64,000 nt of DNA from Flavobacteriales bacterium UBA6165. Lineage in GTDB: Bacteria > Bacteroidota > Bacteroidia > Flavobacteriales_D > Crocinitomicaceae. The DNA is taken from NCBI GenBank assembly GCA_002422285.1, contig DIUF01000019.1:5421-69420 (forward strand). The letters are read 5' to 3'. A model generated the notes under the pieces. That model was not told the DNA's origin and made no database searches. It saw only the letters and a program-made list of their open reading frames with translations. Numbering within the stretch: the first letter of the stretch is position 1; the number at the start of each line of letters is the position of its first letter. The position numbers and the translations under genes are program-made. Below, piece by piece: positions 55,446 through 64,000 of the stretch.

Positions 55446-56137
55446 TATTCAGGTGCTTCAAATTTGAAACCGATACCGTGTACATTGCTCACCACAACGC
55501 TTTCGTCGTCTGCTAGGTATTTTCTCAATTTGGTGACAAATACATCCAAACTGCGTCCAACAAAGTAGTCGTCCTGACCCCATACGGCGTTAAGAACCAA
55601 CTCACGTGGCAATACTTGATTTCGGTGCTTGCAAAACATGTTCAATATTTCGGCTTCTTTTTTGGTCAGCTTGCGTACTTCATCACCCAAAGTCAAGGAA
55701 TAATTGTCGAAATCGAAGTGGTATTTGCCAATTTTGAATTGACTTCCGCCGCGTGTTTCATCGAATTCAACGTTGACGCGTTTGAGCAAAGCCTTGACGC
55801 GATAAATCAATTCTTCTGTTGAAAATGGCTTCGTCAAATAGTCGTCACAACCCGCCTCAAAACCTTGTATTTTGTCCTCTGTTTCGGATTTCGCTGAGAG
55901 AAATAATATAGGAATTTCTTTGTTCACCTTTCGGATGTCTTTGGCAAGTGAAAAACCATCTTTTTTGGGCATCATCACATCCAGAACACAAATGTGGTAA
56001 ACACTTTCGCTATATCTTTTAAACCCTTCCGCTCCATCTGTGGCTAAGGTGACATCAAAATTTTGTGCCTTAAGTTGGTCTGCAATCACAAACCCCAAAT
56101 TCACGTCGTCTTCTACCAATAATATTTTTGCCTTCAT
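55445..56137 (-). CDS. Response regulator, OmpR/PhoB family
   Basis: Receiver domain (ILLVEDD, VLDVMMPKKDG, TKPF) plus a winged-helix C-terminus (LTKKEAEILNMF...VHGIGFKF). Confidence 0.9.
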   Translation of the reverse strand: MKAKILLVEDDVNLGFVIADQLKAQNFDVTLATDGAEGFKRYSESVYHICVLDVMMPKKDGFSLAKDIRKVNKEIPILFLSAKSETEDKIQGFEAGCDDYLTKPFSTEELIYRVKALLKRVNVEFDETRGGSQFKIGKYHFDFDNYSLTLGDEVRKLTKKEAEILNMFCKHRNQVLPRELVLNAVWGQDDYFVGRSLDVFVTKLRKYLADDESVVVSNVHGIGFKFEAPE

Positions 56138-56140
56138 ATC

Positions 56141-57490
56141 TTATCCTTTATTGATGGGCAAGGTAATCGTAAAAGTGGTTCCTTGACCTAACTGTGATTT
56201 AACATTAATTTTTCCTTGGTGACTTTCGATGATCAGTTTCACGTAGTAAAGTCCTAATCCAAAACCTTTTACATTGTGCACGTTGCCGGTAGAAACGCGG
56301 TAGAATTTATCAAAAATCATCTTGATGTTTTCTTTTTTAATACCAATTCCATTGTCTTCAAAGGTAATTTGAATGGCGCTTCCGATATTGCGTGTTCGAA
56401 TGGCAATTTTTGGCTCTTTATCACAATATTTAATAGCGTTGTCGAGTAAATTGTGAATCACATTGGAGATGTGCACCTCGTCAGCTTTCAATAGGGTATT
56501 CGCTGCTTGCAAATCCAATTCTATTGTGCCACCTGTTTCACTTTGGTTGAATTCAAAGATATCCGCTGCTTCCTGAATCAGTTCATCAACATCAAAAATC
56601 GAATAATTCAGTTTGATCTGCTCCTTGTCCATTTTGGCAATGTTCAATACGCGCTCAACCTGATTTTCAAGTCGTTTGTTTTCCTTGTAAATGATACTGG
56701 CATAGCGCTGCAAACGTTCTGGATCTTTAGAGAAATCTTCACGCAACAATGTTTCGCTTGAAAGTCCTATGGTAGAAATAGGTGTTTTCAATTCGTGGGT
56801 CATGTTGTTGATGAAGTCAGTTTTCACTTCACTCAAACGCTTTTGTTTGAAAATGATTGTGAGCGCGTATCCAAAAAAGAGCAGAATGAATCCAATAACG
56901 GCTAAAAGTGGGAGCCAATACGTGGTATCAGGTGCTTTAACTTCAGTCAGGCTTACTCTTCTAGATGGAAAATACACGATGAAATAATGTCCATCAAAAT
57001 CTTTCACTTCAAAATCGAGAATGCCGCTCAATTCAAAAGCTACATCTGTTTGAACAAAACTTCCACTAATAAAATAAAGTGTGTTTCCAATAATCAAACT
57101 ATCGCCATAACAATCATATATAGCGTATTGAAAGAGCTCTTTTATGCCCATTTCATAGAATTCACGCTTGATTAATTCTTCTAAGTAAACAGGATGAATG
57201 TTGTCATTTATTTGAACCTGAAAAGCATTATAGTCTCGCTGTTGAACGAATCCATACAAATCAGAGGGGTCATTAATTCTCTTGTGAAATGTTTCTACAA
57301 CATTTGTCAATGCAAGATGCACACGTTCGTTGAATTGCACTACATTCAAACTATCTTGATAGCGCTGAAGCTCAAGTTTGCTGCGCTCAATTGAAATTGT
57401 GTTTCTTACCCAGAAAACCTGAATGAGCAAAACGCCAATTAAGGAAAAAAGTCCAAGAAGAATTACTGTGTTAAGGTTTTGTAAACGCAC
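56141..57490 (-). CDS. Sensor histidine kinase (two TM, HisKA + HATPase_c)
   Basis: The H-box is THELKTPISTI, the N box is NLLDNAIKY, G1 is DNGIGI and G2 is GFGLGL. The start is a GTG at 57490. Confidence 0.85.
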   Translation of the reverse strand: MRLQNLNTVILLGLFSLIGVLLIQVFWVRNTISIERSKLELQRYQDSLNVVQFNERVHLALTNVVETFHKRINDPSDLYGFVQQRDYNAFQVQINDNIHPVYLEELIKREFYEMGIKELFQYAIYDCYGDSLIIGNTLYFISGSFVQTDVAFELSGILDFEVKDFDGHYFIVYFPSRRVSLTEVKAPDTTYWLPLLAVIGFILLFFGYALTIIFKQKRLSEVKTDFINNMTHELKTPISTIGLSSETLLREDFSKDPERLQRYASIIYKENKRLENQVERVLNIAKMDKEQIKLNYSIFDVDELIQEAADIFEFNQSETGGTIELDLQAANTLLKADEVHISNVIHNLLDNAIKYCDKEPKIAIRTRNIGSAIQITFEDNGIGIKKENIKMIFDKFYRVSTGNVHNVKGFGLGLYYVKLIIESHQGKINVKSQLGQGTTFTITLPINKG

Positions 57491-57580
57491 GAATTTGTTT
57501 TATTAATAAACGCAAAGATAAACGCAGTCGAGAAACAACAAAATAAAGTTAACCAGAATTTAACCCTCAGCTGATTTCAA

Positions 57581-58252
57581 TTATCTCAGCCTGCTTTCAA
57601 TCCAATCTAAAGCAGGATAGCCAAGTTGATCATTGCGCCAAACATGGATAACTGTATTATCTTTGATATACAGAAAAACAGGAATGACGTTTTCTTCAAT
57701 ATCGAAACCCATTTCAGGACGACTATTGCCAATTATTGGAACATCTTGTGCTTGTGATAATGCTCTAAAGTTCTTGAAATTCGTTCCATCATCATTGGGT
57801 AGATAAACTACGATGTCTACTTTGCCTCGTTTGTGAAGCACTTGGATTTTATCGCGAACAGCCTCAATACAAAATGGGCAGGATGGAGAGGCCACACAAA
57901 CGAGACCTTCAAAATCGGATTTATAACTTAAAACATCTTGAAGAATTGCGTTGTCGTGATCATAATTAACGTGAACTCCCAACTTATTAAAATCACCTTG
58001 ATATATGGGGTTTGAGGCAAAATAGGCACCTAAGGGGATTGTAAATGCTAAAAATGTCACCCAAAAACGCGGGTGCCCTCGAAGCGTTTTCCAACATTGC
58101 ACAGCTGCTAATAGCGCAAACAAAGCAACCATAATCCAAATGGAAATGTAATGTACAGTCCACGGTAAACTTATGCTCAAACCGAAATCAAAAATCTGAT
58201 TTGGAAATATAGATGGAACCAAGGCAACGATATAAAACAATTCTATTCGCAT
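57581..58252 (-). CDS. Membrane-anchored thioredoxin-fold protein with CPFC motif
   Basis: Three N-terminal hydrophobic helices are followed by ...VCVASPSCPFCIEAV... and a cis-Pro-like ...VIPVFLYI... segment. It starts 2 nt after the rhodanese stop. Confidence 0.5.
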   Translation of the reverse strand: MRIELFYIVALVPSIFPNQIFDFGLSISLPWTVHYISIWIMVALFALLAAVQCWKTLRGHPRFWVTFLAFTIPLGAYFASNPIYQGDFNKLGVHVNYDHDNAILQDVLSYKSDFEGLVCVASPSCPFCIEAVRDKIQVLHKRGKVDIVVYLPNDDGTNFKNFRALSQAQDVPIIGNSRPEMGFDIEENVIPVFLYIKDNTVIHVWRNDQLGYPALDWIESRLR

Positions 58253-58254
58253 AT

Positions 58255-58560
58255 TTATTTTGTTTGAACTTGTGTGGTTTGCAACGATGAAAAAGCGTCT
58301 AAACCGCCATCAAGATTTTCAACATTATTGAATCCCATGGAATGTAGGACTTTTGTCATTTTTGCACCACGAGCACCAGATTGGCAGTGGATTATAACCA
58401 AAATATCACGGGGTATTTCGTCCAATCGATTCAGGATTTCTCCCATGGGTATGTGGCGTCCACCAATGTTATGGTCTTGGTACTCATAATGTTCTCTGAT
58501 GTCGATCAACAAATGTTTTTCTTCATTTATTTGAATGTTCAAAATTTGTTCGCAGTTCAT
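58255..58560 (-). CDS. Rhodanese-like sulfurtransferase domain protein
   Basis: 101 aa with the active-site loop IIHCQSGARGAK (CxxGxR) and no signal peptide. Confidence 0.8.
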   Translation of the reverse strand: MNCEQILNIQINEEKHLLIDIREHYEYQDHNIGGRHIPMGEILNRLDEIPRDILVIIHCQSGARGAKMTKVLHSMGFNNVENLDGGLDAFSSLQTTQVQTK

Positions 58561-58625
58561 GATAAAATTTTGTTCAAAAGTAGAGAAAATATTAATTTCG
58601 CATTGCTTAATTCCGAAAATCAGTA

Positions 58626-61466
58626 ATGAAACTTAACCTACTTTTTCTAGTAACATTTGTTGTCTATATATCCAGTTTTTCACAAGGGAACTCTCTTTTC
58701 CTTAGTGGTATGACGAATTGGGTAAATGCAGGTAATATTAACGTGACGGGCTCAAATATTACAGTTGAAGCCATGATTCATATGACAGGTGTTTCTGACA
58801 ACATTGTATCCAAGCATACAGATCCTACCAACACAAATTATCTCTTACGTCCGCAGTCTTTTGAAATAACTACCAGCACTGGTTATGCATTCTTATCAAA
58901 TCCATTGGTATTGCAGCAAGGTGTAACTTATCATATTGCAGCAACATACAACGGATCAATGATGCGTTTTTACGTAAATGGATGTTTGACAGCAGAGCAA
59001 CCTTGGTCTGGGACTTTGGTTACCAATTCATTTTCAACAGCTATTGGACAACAGTCCAACTGCCAATGTGAGCAGTTCACCGGCTTTTTAGACGAGGTTA
59101 GGATTTGGAATGTGGCAAGAACTGAATTGCAAATTAGGAATAACATGTATAATATAGCCAATCCAGCTTTGCAATTCAATTTGTTGGCGTATTTTAAATT
59201 TCAAAACAACTACAATAATTTGGCAAACTTTCCGCCTGCGGTTACTCAGGTGGGCACGCCTCAGCTCCAACCAATTCCATATCCATATCCAAGTGCTTTG
59301 GCTTTAAGTCACACCGGGTCGAATGTGATTTGCAATAACTCGCTTACAGGAGCAATAGATTTGGATGCCAGTGGGGGATATGAGCCCTATGAATATTCCA
59401 TCGATGGGACTACTTTTCAATCTTCTCCAACATTTCCTGATTTGGCGTCTGGCACATACACGGTTTATGTGCGATCAAATCCCAATTGTGTGGCGAGTGC
59501 AACAAGAATCATACAAAATAAACCACCGATCAATTTGAATTTGAATGTTCAGAACATTTCATGTAATGGGCTTACTGATGGTTCAGCCAGCGTCAGTCCA
59601 ACAGGAGGAAATGGACCTGCATTCTCTGTGGAATGGTCAAACGGGGCAACTGGGATTGCAATCTCAGGTTTAAGTCCAGGCTCTTATGCAGTAACCGTGC
59701 GTGACAGTTGCAGGATGGCTGGTAATGAATTGGTTGAAAATGGGCACTTTGAGCAAGGACCGGTTGGATTCACCTCAGATTACAACAACTGTATAAATTG
59801 CGTTGGAACAATTGGAGGTGAATTGTTTGAGAACCAGTTTGTTGTTGGTGTGAATGCCAATCACCATCACCAAGGTTTTCAAGGTGTAGGCCAGGGCGCA
59901 GCTGGTAATTTCATGATGGTGAATGGTAGTTCACAGTCCAATACCAACGTATGGTGTCAAACCATAAGTGTTGAGCCTAACACTTATTACGAGTTTTCAG
60001 CTTGGGTAGCTTCAATTTTTGCGCAATCTCCAGCTCAATTGCAGTTTCAAGCTAATGGAGTGCTTTTGGGACCTGTTTTCACAGCACCTTCCTCAGTAAA
60101 TCTTTGGAACCAGTTTTTCTCGGTTTGGTTTTCTGGATCGAATACTGCGGTAACCATTTGTATCATTAATCAAAATACAGCAATAGCTGGAAACGATTTT
60201 GGCTTGGATAATATTTCATTTAAAGCTTGCTTGTCTTGTGAAGTGACAGAAGAATTTACTATTGCTGAACCAACGATTTTAACCGCAAGCGCCACTTCAC
60301 AAAATGCTGTTTGTGGAACAAATACAGGTTCCATAAGTGTTACAGCCAATGGTGGAACTCCAAATTATACATACAGCATCGACGGAATCACTTTTTCTTC
60401 AAATAGCACTATCTCTAATCTAGCTCCTGGAAATTACTCGGTAACAGTTCAAGATGCCGGCAATTGTACTACATCGTTTTCAATAGAGGTAGTTGATAAC
60501 CAAGATGTTACTGTTGACGCAGGTGATGACGTGAATGTCTGTGAAGGTCAGTTAGTCACTCTAAACGCAACGGGTTCGCCAGGCTTTGTTTGGTCGGATA
60601 ATATTTCAAACAATGAGCCTTTTTTACCTAATTTTTCACAGTATTATTACGTCGAAGTCAATCTTGGTCCTGCGTGCTATGCAATCGATTCCGTTTTTAT
60701 TAATATATGGCCACTACCGACTGTTTTTGCTGGTGATGATATTATTGTTTGTTCTGGCATTCCAATTGAACTGAATGCAAGTGGAGCGAACACTTACGTT
60801 TGGTCGAATGGTAGCTCAAATGGACAAGAATTTCTGCCAACTTTGGGATCAGTCATGCTTACAGTTATTGGAACAGACCTAAACGGGTGCTCAAATAGCG
60901 ATCAATTAAACTTAACGGTGAATCAGTCACCCGAACTGAGCATGACTGCAAATCCAGTTTCAGGTTTTGTGCCGCTTAGTGTTGAATTTACAAATTCTAC
61001 TATTGGTGCATTTAATTTCAATTTAACTTATGGTGAGGGAACTCCATTTCCTTGGACAACGACAACGAGTTCTTATACTTATAATGTAAATGGTCTTTAT
61101 TGGGCTGTTTTGTCTGCAGAGGCCAATGGATGTGTAGGGTCAGATTCGATACTTATTAATGTGTTTAGTCCAATTTTTAATTTTGAGGTCCCGAATGTTT
61201 TTACTCCAGATGGTAATGATGTAAATCCTTATTTTCAGCTGACACAACCTTCAGGATTTGACCAATTGGAGAGATTTGAAATATTGATTTTTAACAGATG
61301 GGGGCAGTTGATACAAACATTTGATCAATATAATTTTCAATGGGATGGTAACGACTTTAACGATAATGCTGTTCCAGAAGGCGTTTATTTTTATAAGATT
61401 CATTATAAACTAATCGAAAGCCCAGAGGAAATTTTACATGGATTTGTACATGTGGTATTGAAGTGA
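58626..61466 (+). CDS. Large multidomain surface protein: LamG-like + SprB repeats + CBM-like + PKD-like + T9SS type B (gliding-motility-associated) C-terminal domain
   Basis: The signal peptide is followed by a LamG-like signature (FLDEVRIWNVARTELQI). SprB-repeat-like units are present (CNNSLTGAIDLDASGGYEPYEYSIDG; CGTNTGSISVTANGGTPNYTYSIDG). The C-terminus is VPNVFTPDGNDVNPYF...GVYFYKIHY (TIGR04131-type). Confidence 0.75.
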   Translation: MKLNLLFLVTFVVYISSFSQGNSLFLSGMTNWVNAGNINVTGSNITVEAMIHMTGVSDNIVSKHTDPTNTNYLLRPQSFEITTSTGYAFLSNPLVLQQGVTYHIAATYNGSMMRFYVNGCLTAEQPWSGTLVTNSFSTAIGQQSNCQCEQFTGFLDEVRIWNVARTELQIRNNMYNIANPALQFNLLAYFKFQNNYNNLANFPPAVTQVGTPQLQPIPYPYPSALALSHTGSNVICNNSLTGAIDLDASGGYEPYEYSIDGTTFQSSPTFPDLASGTYTVYVRSNPNCVASATRIIQNKPPINLNLNVQNISCNGLTDGSASVSPTGGNGPAFSVEWSNGATGIAISGLSPGSYAVTVRDSCRMAGNELVENGHFEQGPVGFTSDYNNCINCVGTIGGELFENQFVVGVNANHHHQGFQGVGQGAAGNFMMVNGSSQSNTNVWCQTISVEPNTYYEFSAWVASIFAQSPAQLQFQANGVLLGPVFTAPSSVNLWNQFFSVWFSGSNTAVTICIINQNTAIAGNDFGLDNISFKACLSCEVTEEFTIAEPTILTASATSQNAVCGTNTGSISVTANGGTPNYTYSIDGITFSSNSTISNLAPGNYSVTVQDAGNCTTSFSIEVVDNQDVTVDAGDDVNVCEGQLVTLNATGSPGFVWSDNISNNEPFLPNFSQYYYVEVNLGPACYAIDSVFINIWPLPTVFAGDDIIVCSGIPIELNASGANTYVWSNGSSNGQEFLPTLGSVMLTVIGTDLNGCSNSDQLNLTVNQSPELSMTANPVSGFVPLSVEFTNSTIGAFNFNLTYGEGTPFPWTTTTSSYTYNVNGLYWAVLSAEANGCVGSDSILINVFSPIFNFEVPNVFTPDGNDVNPYFQLTQPSGFDQLERFEILIFNRWGQLIQTFDQYNFQWDGNDFNDNAVPEGVYFYKIHYKLIESPEEILHGFVHVVLK

Positions 61467-61745
61467 TCTTCAAAATAAGCCTTCCAGTCTTTTTTGTTTA
61501 TTTGTATTTCTTCCATACACATAGATTAAATGTATTTGATCCATGTGGTATAACCAGATTTCCGATGTGATTTTTTTTTTGATTGAGGCTACAATCGAAT
61601 ACATGTATGTCCTCTGCCTCTTACAGTTGGTATTATCTATGCACAAGTAAACGTCAGAATGGGATTATTTAAACTTTTTTAAAATCTCAGATATGATATC
61701 ACAATCGACAATTCCTTACATTTGCACCACTTCGAAACAAACTTC

Positions 61746-62978
61746 ATGTCAACAATCAAAATAGGGATTATTAGAGAGGGTAAAACACCCCCAGACAAAA
61801 GAGTTCCGCTAACGCCCAATCAATGTGTTGAGTTACAAAAGCGCTTTCCTCATGTAAAAGTGTTGGTGCAGCCCAGTGAAATTCGAGCAATTCAAGATTC
61901 AGAATATGCGGATTTTGGTATCGAATTGTCTGCTGATATGTCACAGTGCGACATTTTAATCGGTGTTAAAGAAGTACCAATTCATGAGTTGATTCCTAAC
62001 AAAACCTATTTGTTTTTCTCGCATACTTTCAAAAAGCAACCCTACAATCGTGATCTTTTGCGTGCTGTATTGAACAATAAAATTCGCTTGATTGATTATG
62101 AGGTTTTGAAGGATGCAGAAGGACAAAGATTAATCGGTTTCGGTCGATGGGCAGGTATTGTTGGGGTTTACAACAGTTTCTTGACCTATGGATTGAAAAC
62201 AAAAACTTTCGACTTAAAACCAGCGCATCAATGCTTTGATAGGAAGGAGATGGAATCCGAATTGTCAAAAGTGAAATTGGCGAGCGATTTTAAACTTGTT
62301 CTTACAGGATGGGGCAGAGTTGGACTAGGCGCTCGTGAAGTATTGCAATTATTGCCAATCAAAGAAGTGAGTCCAGAAGATTTCTTGAACGAGAAATTCG
62401 ATGAAGCCGTTTTTACGCAATTGGAAGTAGGGGATTACAACGCGCTGCCTGATGGCTCGCCTTTTGTGAAAGAGGACTTTTATCGTGATGCAACTGCTTA
62501 TATCTCCACGTTTCCGAGATATTTGTCAGCAGCAGACATGTATATCGCTTGTCATTATTATTCAAATGACGCACCATTTTTAGCCACTAGAAATGATTTC
62601 AAAAACCCAAACATCAGCGTGAAAGTTGTTGGAGATGTTTCTGCTGATATTGATGGTCCCGTGGCTTGTACCATCCGCCCGTCGAAGATTAGTGATCCGA
62701 TTTATGGTTACGACCCACAATCAGAATCAGAAGTTGATTATAGGTTTGACGGGGCTATTGCAGTTATGGCCATTGATAATTTACCTTGTGAATTGCCACG
62801 CGATGCCTCTGATGATTTTGGGAACATGCTCTTAAATAACGTCTTTCCTTTTCTTTTTGGTGGTGCAGACCCAACAGGCGTGATAGAACGCGCAACACAA
62901 ACGGATTTAACAGGACAACTAACACCAAAATATACATATCTATCTGATTATGTGAATGGTGAAAACTCAATGGTTTAA
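61746..62978 (+). CDS. NAD-dependent AlaDH/PNT-family dehydrogenase (saccharopine dehydrogenase, L-lysine-forming-like)
   Basis: ATG 61746 gives MSTIKIGIIREGKTPPDKRVPLTP. A Rossmann-like segment (VLTGWGRVGLGA) is present. The substrate assignment is tentative. Confidence 0.5.
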   Translation: MSTIKIGIIREGKTPPDKRVPLTPNQCVELQKRFPHVKVLVQPSEIRAIQDSEYADFGIELSADMSQCDILIGVKEVPIHELIPNKTYLFFSHTFKKQPYNRDLLRAVLNNKIRLIDYEVLKDAEGQRLIGFGRWAGIVGVYNSFLTYGLKTKTFDLKPAHQCFDRKEMESELSKVKLASDFKLVLTGWGRVGLGAREVLQLLPIKEVSPEDFLNEKFDEAVFTQLEVGDYNALPDGSPFVKEDFYRDATAYISTFPRYLSAADMYIACHYYSNDAPFLATRNDFKNPNISVKVVGDVSADIDGPVACTIRPSKISDPIYGYDPQSESEVDYRFDGAIAVMAIDNLPCELPRDASDDFGNMLLNNVFPFLFGGADPTGVIERATQTDLTGQLTPKYTYLSDYVNGENSMV

Positions 62979-62979
62979 G

Positions 62980-63537
62980 ATGAAGTGGATTGGTGAACGC
63001 GTAAGTGTAGTGGATGGCAAGGATTTAACGACTATCGTAATCTATCCCCAACAAACAACTTGGAAAAGCATGTTGCTTTATGCTTGGTTTAGTATGTGGA
63101 CAAGCATTGGTGTTTTGGTGGTTATGCAACTTTTTTATGATTACAAACGCGAGGAAAAGTTGATGCTTTTTGTGTTTTTGATGTTTTGGGTTTATTTCTT
63201 TGTGCGCATCGGTAGAGCCGTTATCTGGCAAGCAAGGGGCAAAGAACTTATGAAAATCAACGACCAAGCATTTGTGCTGAAACGATCCGTTTTTGGTTAT
63301 GGTAAAGCCAAAGAATATTTCTTTGAAAACATCAAGAAAATCCGGGTTCACGAGCCCAAATCGAATAGCTTCGAAGAGTTTTTTCAGAATTCATATTTCG
63401 TTGTAGGTGGCGAAAGAATTGTATTTACCTATGCTGGCGATGACATCAAATTTGCTAGAAAACTCAACGAAAAAGATACAAAGCTGCTTTTTCAGTTCAT
63501 CACCAAACAAATTGAGCAAAGGATGAGGAAGAGGTGA
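62980..63537 (+). CDS. Hypothetical membrane protein
   Basis: ATG 62980 lies just after the upstream stop. Two TM helices are present (LLYAWFSMWTSIGVLVVMQLF and LFVFLMFWVYFFV). No motif was recognised. Confidence 0.45.
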   Translation: MKWIGERVSVVDGKDLTTIVIYPQQTTWKSMLLYAWFSMWTSIGVLVVMQLFYDYKREEKLMLFVFLMFWVYFFVRIGRAVIWQARGKELMKINDQAFVLKRSVFGYGKAKEYFFENIKKIRVHEPKSNSFEEFFQNSYFVVGGERIVFTYAGDDIKFARKLNEKDTKLLFQFITKQIEQRMRKR

Positions 63538-63644
63538 GCAACGCACATGCTTTAATTGGCATAAAATTTTATTATCCAATTCATATAAAATATAAATTTT
63601 GTAAATAGAATAGAATACCCATTTTTGCAGCCCAAAATGGAACT

Positions 63645-64000
63645 ATGAATTTCGATTTACTCCTTGAAAACCTAACAAATCCTGCGCTCTTATTTTTTGT
63701 ACTAGGTATCATTGCTGTTTCGGTAAAAAGTGACTTAGAAATCCCAGCAAATTCATCGCGTTTTATTTCACTTTATTTACTGTTTGCTATTGGTTTTAAA
63801 GGTGGGCAAGAGCTTTCTCATGAAGCTTTTACATCCGAAATTGCTCTGTCTATGCTTTTTGGCGTATTCTTATCTTGTGCAATTCCACTCTACACATTTT
63901 TTCTCCTAAAACGAAAACTCAGTGTTTTTGATGCAGGGGCAATTTCGGCTGCTTATGGTTCCGTGAGTGCCGTTACTTTTGTTACAGCTGCATCTTATTT
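63645..64000 (+). CDS. SbtA-like sodium-dependent bicarbonate transporter family permease (DUF897), 5' fragment running off the window
   Basis: My own translation from ATG 63645 is MNFDLLLENLTNPALLFFVLGIIAVSVKSDLEIP...LLFAIGFKGGQEL...AAYGSVSAVTFVTAASY. It is open to the window end and is absent from the ORF track because no stop is reached. Confidence 0.6.
   Translation, partial: MNFDLLLENLTNPALLFFVLGIIAVSVKSDLEIPANSSRFISLYLLFAIGFKGGQELSHEAFTSEIALSMLFGVFLSCAIPLYTFFLLKRKLSVFDAGAISAAYGSVSAVTFVTAASY

Noticed and set aside
57508-57527. A further copy of the ACGCAAAG 8-mer (aaacgcaaagataaacgcag), resembling the GxxExxY flank repeats.
   Set aside because: It is a single exact 8-mer with a degenerate neighbour. 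An 8-mer is expected about twice by chance on the two strands of a 64-kb window, and no associated gene or inverted partner is present.
61467-61745. 279-nt intergenic region upstream of the saccharopine-dehydrogenase-like gene. I checked it for a lysine riboswitch, a tRNA or a small ORF. It also contains a T10 tract at 61571-61580.
   Set aside because: I could not find the conserved L-box cores or a tRNA cloverleaf. Only 14-15-codon ORFs are present. The T10 run is unremarkable in AT-rich intergenic DNA.
1-64000. Searched for CRISPR arrays, tRNA/rRNA genes, prophage or integrase genes, toxin-antitoxin pairs and known defence-system signatures (reverse transcriptases, restriction-modification and similar).
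   Set aside because: None was seen. Intergenic regions are short and non-repetitive, and every long ORF is accounted for by metabolic, envelope or regulatory functions. The Smr-domain and GxxExxY proteins are nuclease-like, but they have no partner genes suggestive of a defence operon.

Overview
This is a gene-dense chromosomal segment from a Bacteroidota (Flavobacteriia-like) genome. The taxon call rests on T9SS type A and type B C-terminal sorting domains, a type III glutamine synthetase, a TAnnTTTG-type -7 box and many lipoprotein or beta-barrel envelope genes. I support 54 protein-coding genes (two run off the window edges), one TPP riboswitch, five hairpin/U-tract terminators, one candidate promoter and one pair of inverted 8-mer arrays. 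I saw no rRNA, tRNA, CRISPR array, prophage or complete IS element.

Content in window order:
- 1-2737: tail of a TonB-dependent receptor operon (receptor end, beta-propeller lipoprotein, T9SS cargo), interrupted by a GxxExxY gene bracketed by inverted CTTTGCGY arrays.
- 2747-13329: a long minus-strand short-chain-acid locus. It holds a porin, a DUF4212-type small subunit, a VC_2705-type Na+/solute symporter, a terminator, a 64-aa two-TM ORF, an SLC5-domain histidine kinase, a receiver-only regulator, prpE and acs.
- 13438-15119: an orphan IS1 InsA-like gene and a stand-alone KAS III.
- 15272-31497: housekeeping and envelope genes (M61 peptidase, sucD, M50-like protease, Smr, tRNA and rRNA methyltransferases, coaD, aroA) and a crtD/cruF-like carotenoid pair.
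- 31606-34194: a TonB-dependent receptor behind a textbook TPP riboswitch.
- 34356-42244: a thioester-containing alpha-2-macroglobulin paired with pbpC.
- 42258-48495: a Y_Y_Y/LuxR two-component pair followed by two uncharacterised secreted or outer-membrane proteins.
- 48564-64000: an M23 peptidase, GSIII, a GNAT, an OmpR-type two-component system with an EamA exporter, a rhodanese plus CPFC thioredoxin-fold pair, a large LamG/SprB/type-B-CTD surface protein, an AlaDH/saccharopine-dehydrogenase-like enzyme and a truncated SbtA-like permease.

The most unusual items:
- the CbrA/CrbS-like transporter-kinase locus, which has no DNA-binding output and has an overlapping cbrX-like micro-ORF;
- the inverted-array GxxExxY cassette;
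- the uncharacterised two-gene envelope module downstream of the Y_Y_Y kinase;
- a G8 tract inside the porin gene.

All family assignments come from reading motifs in the translations. No database search was run.
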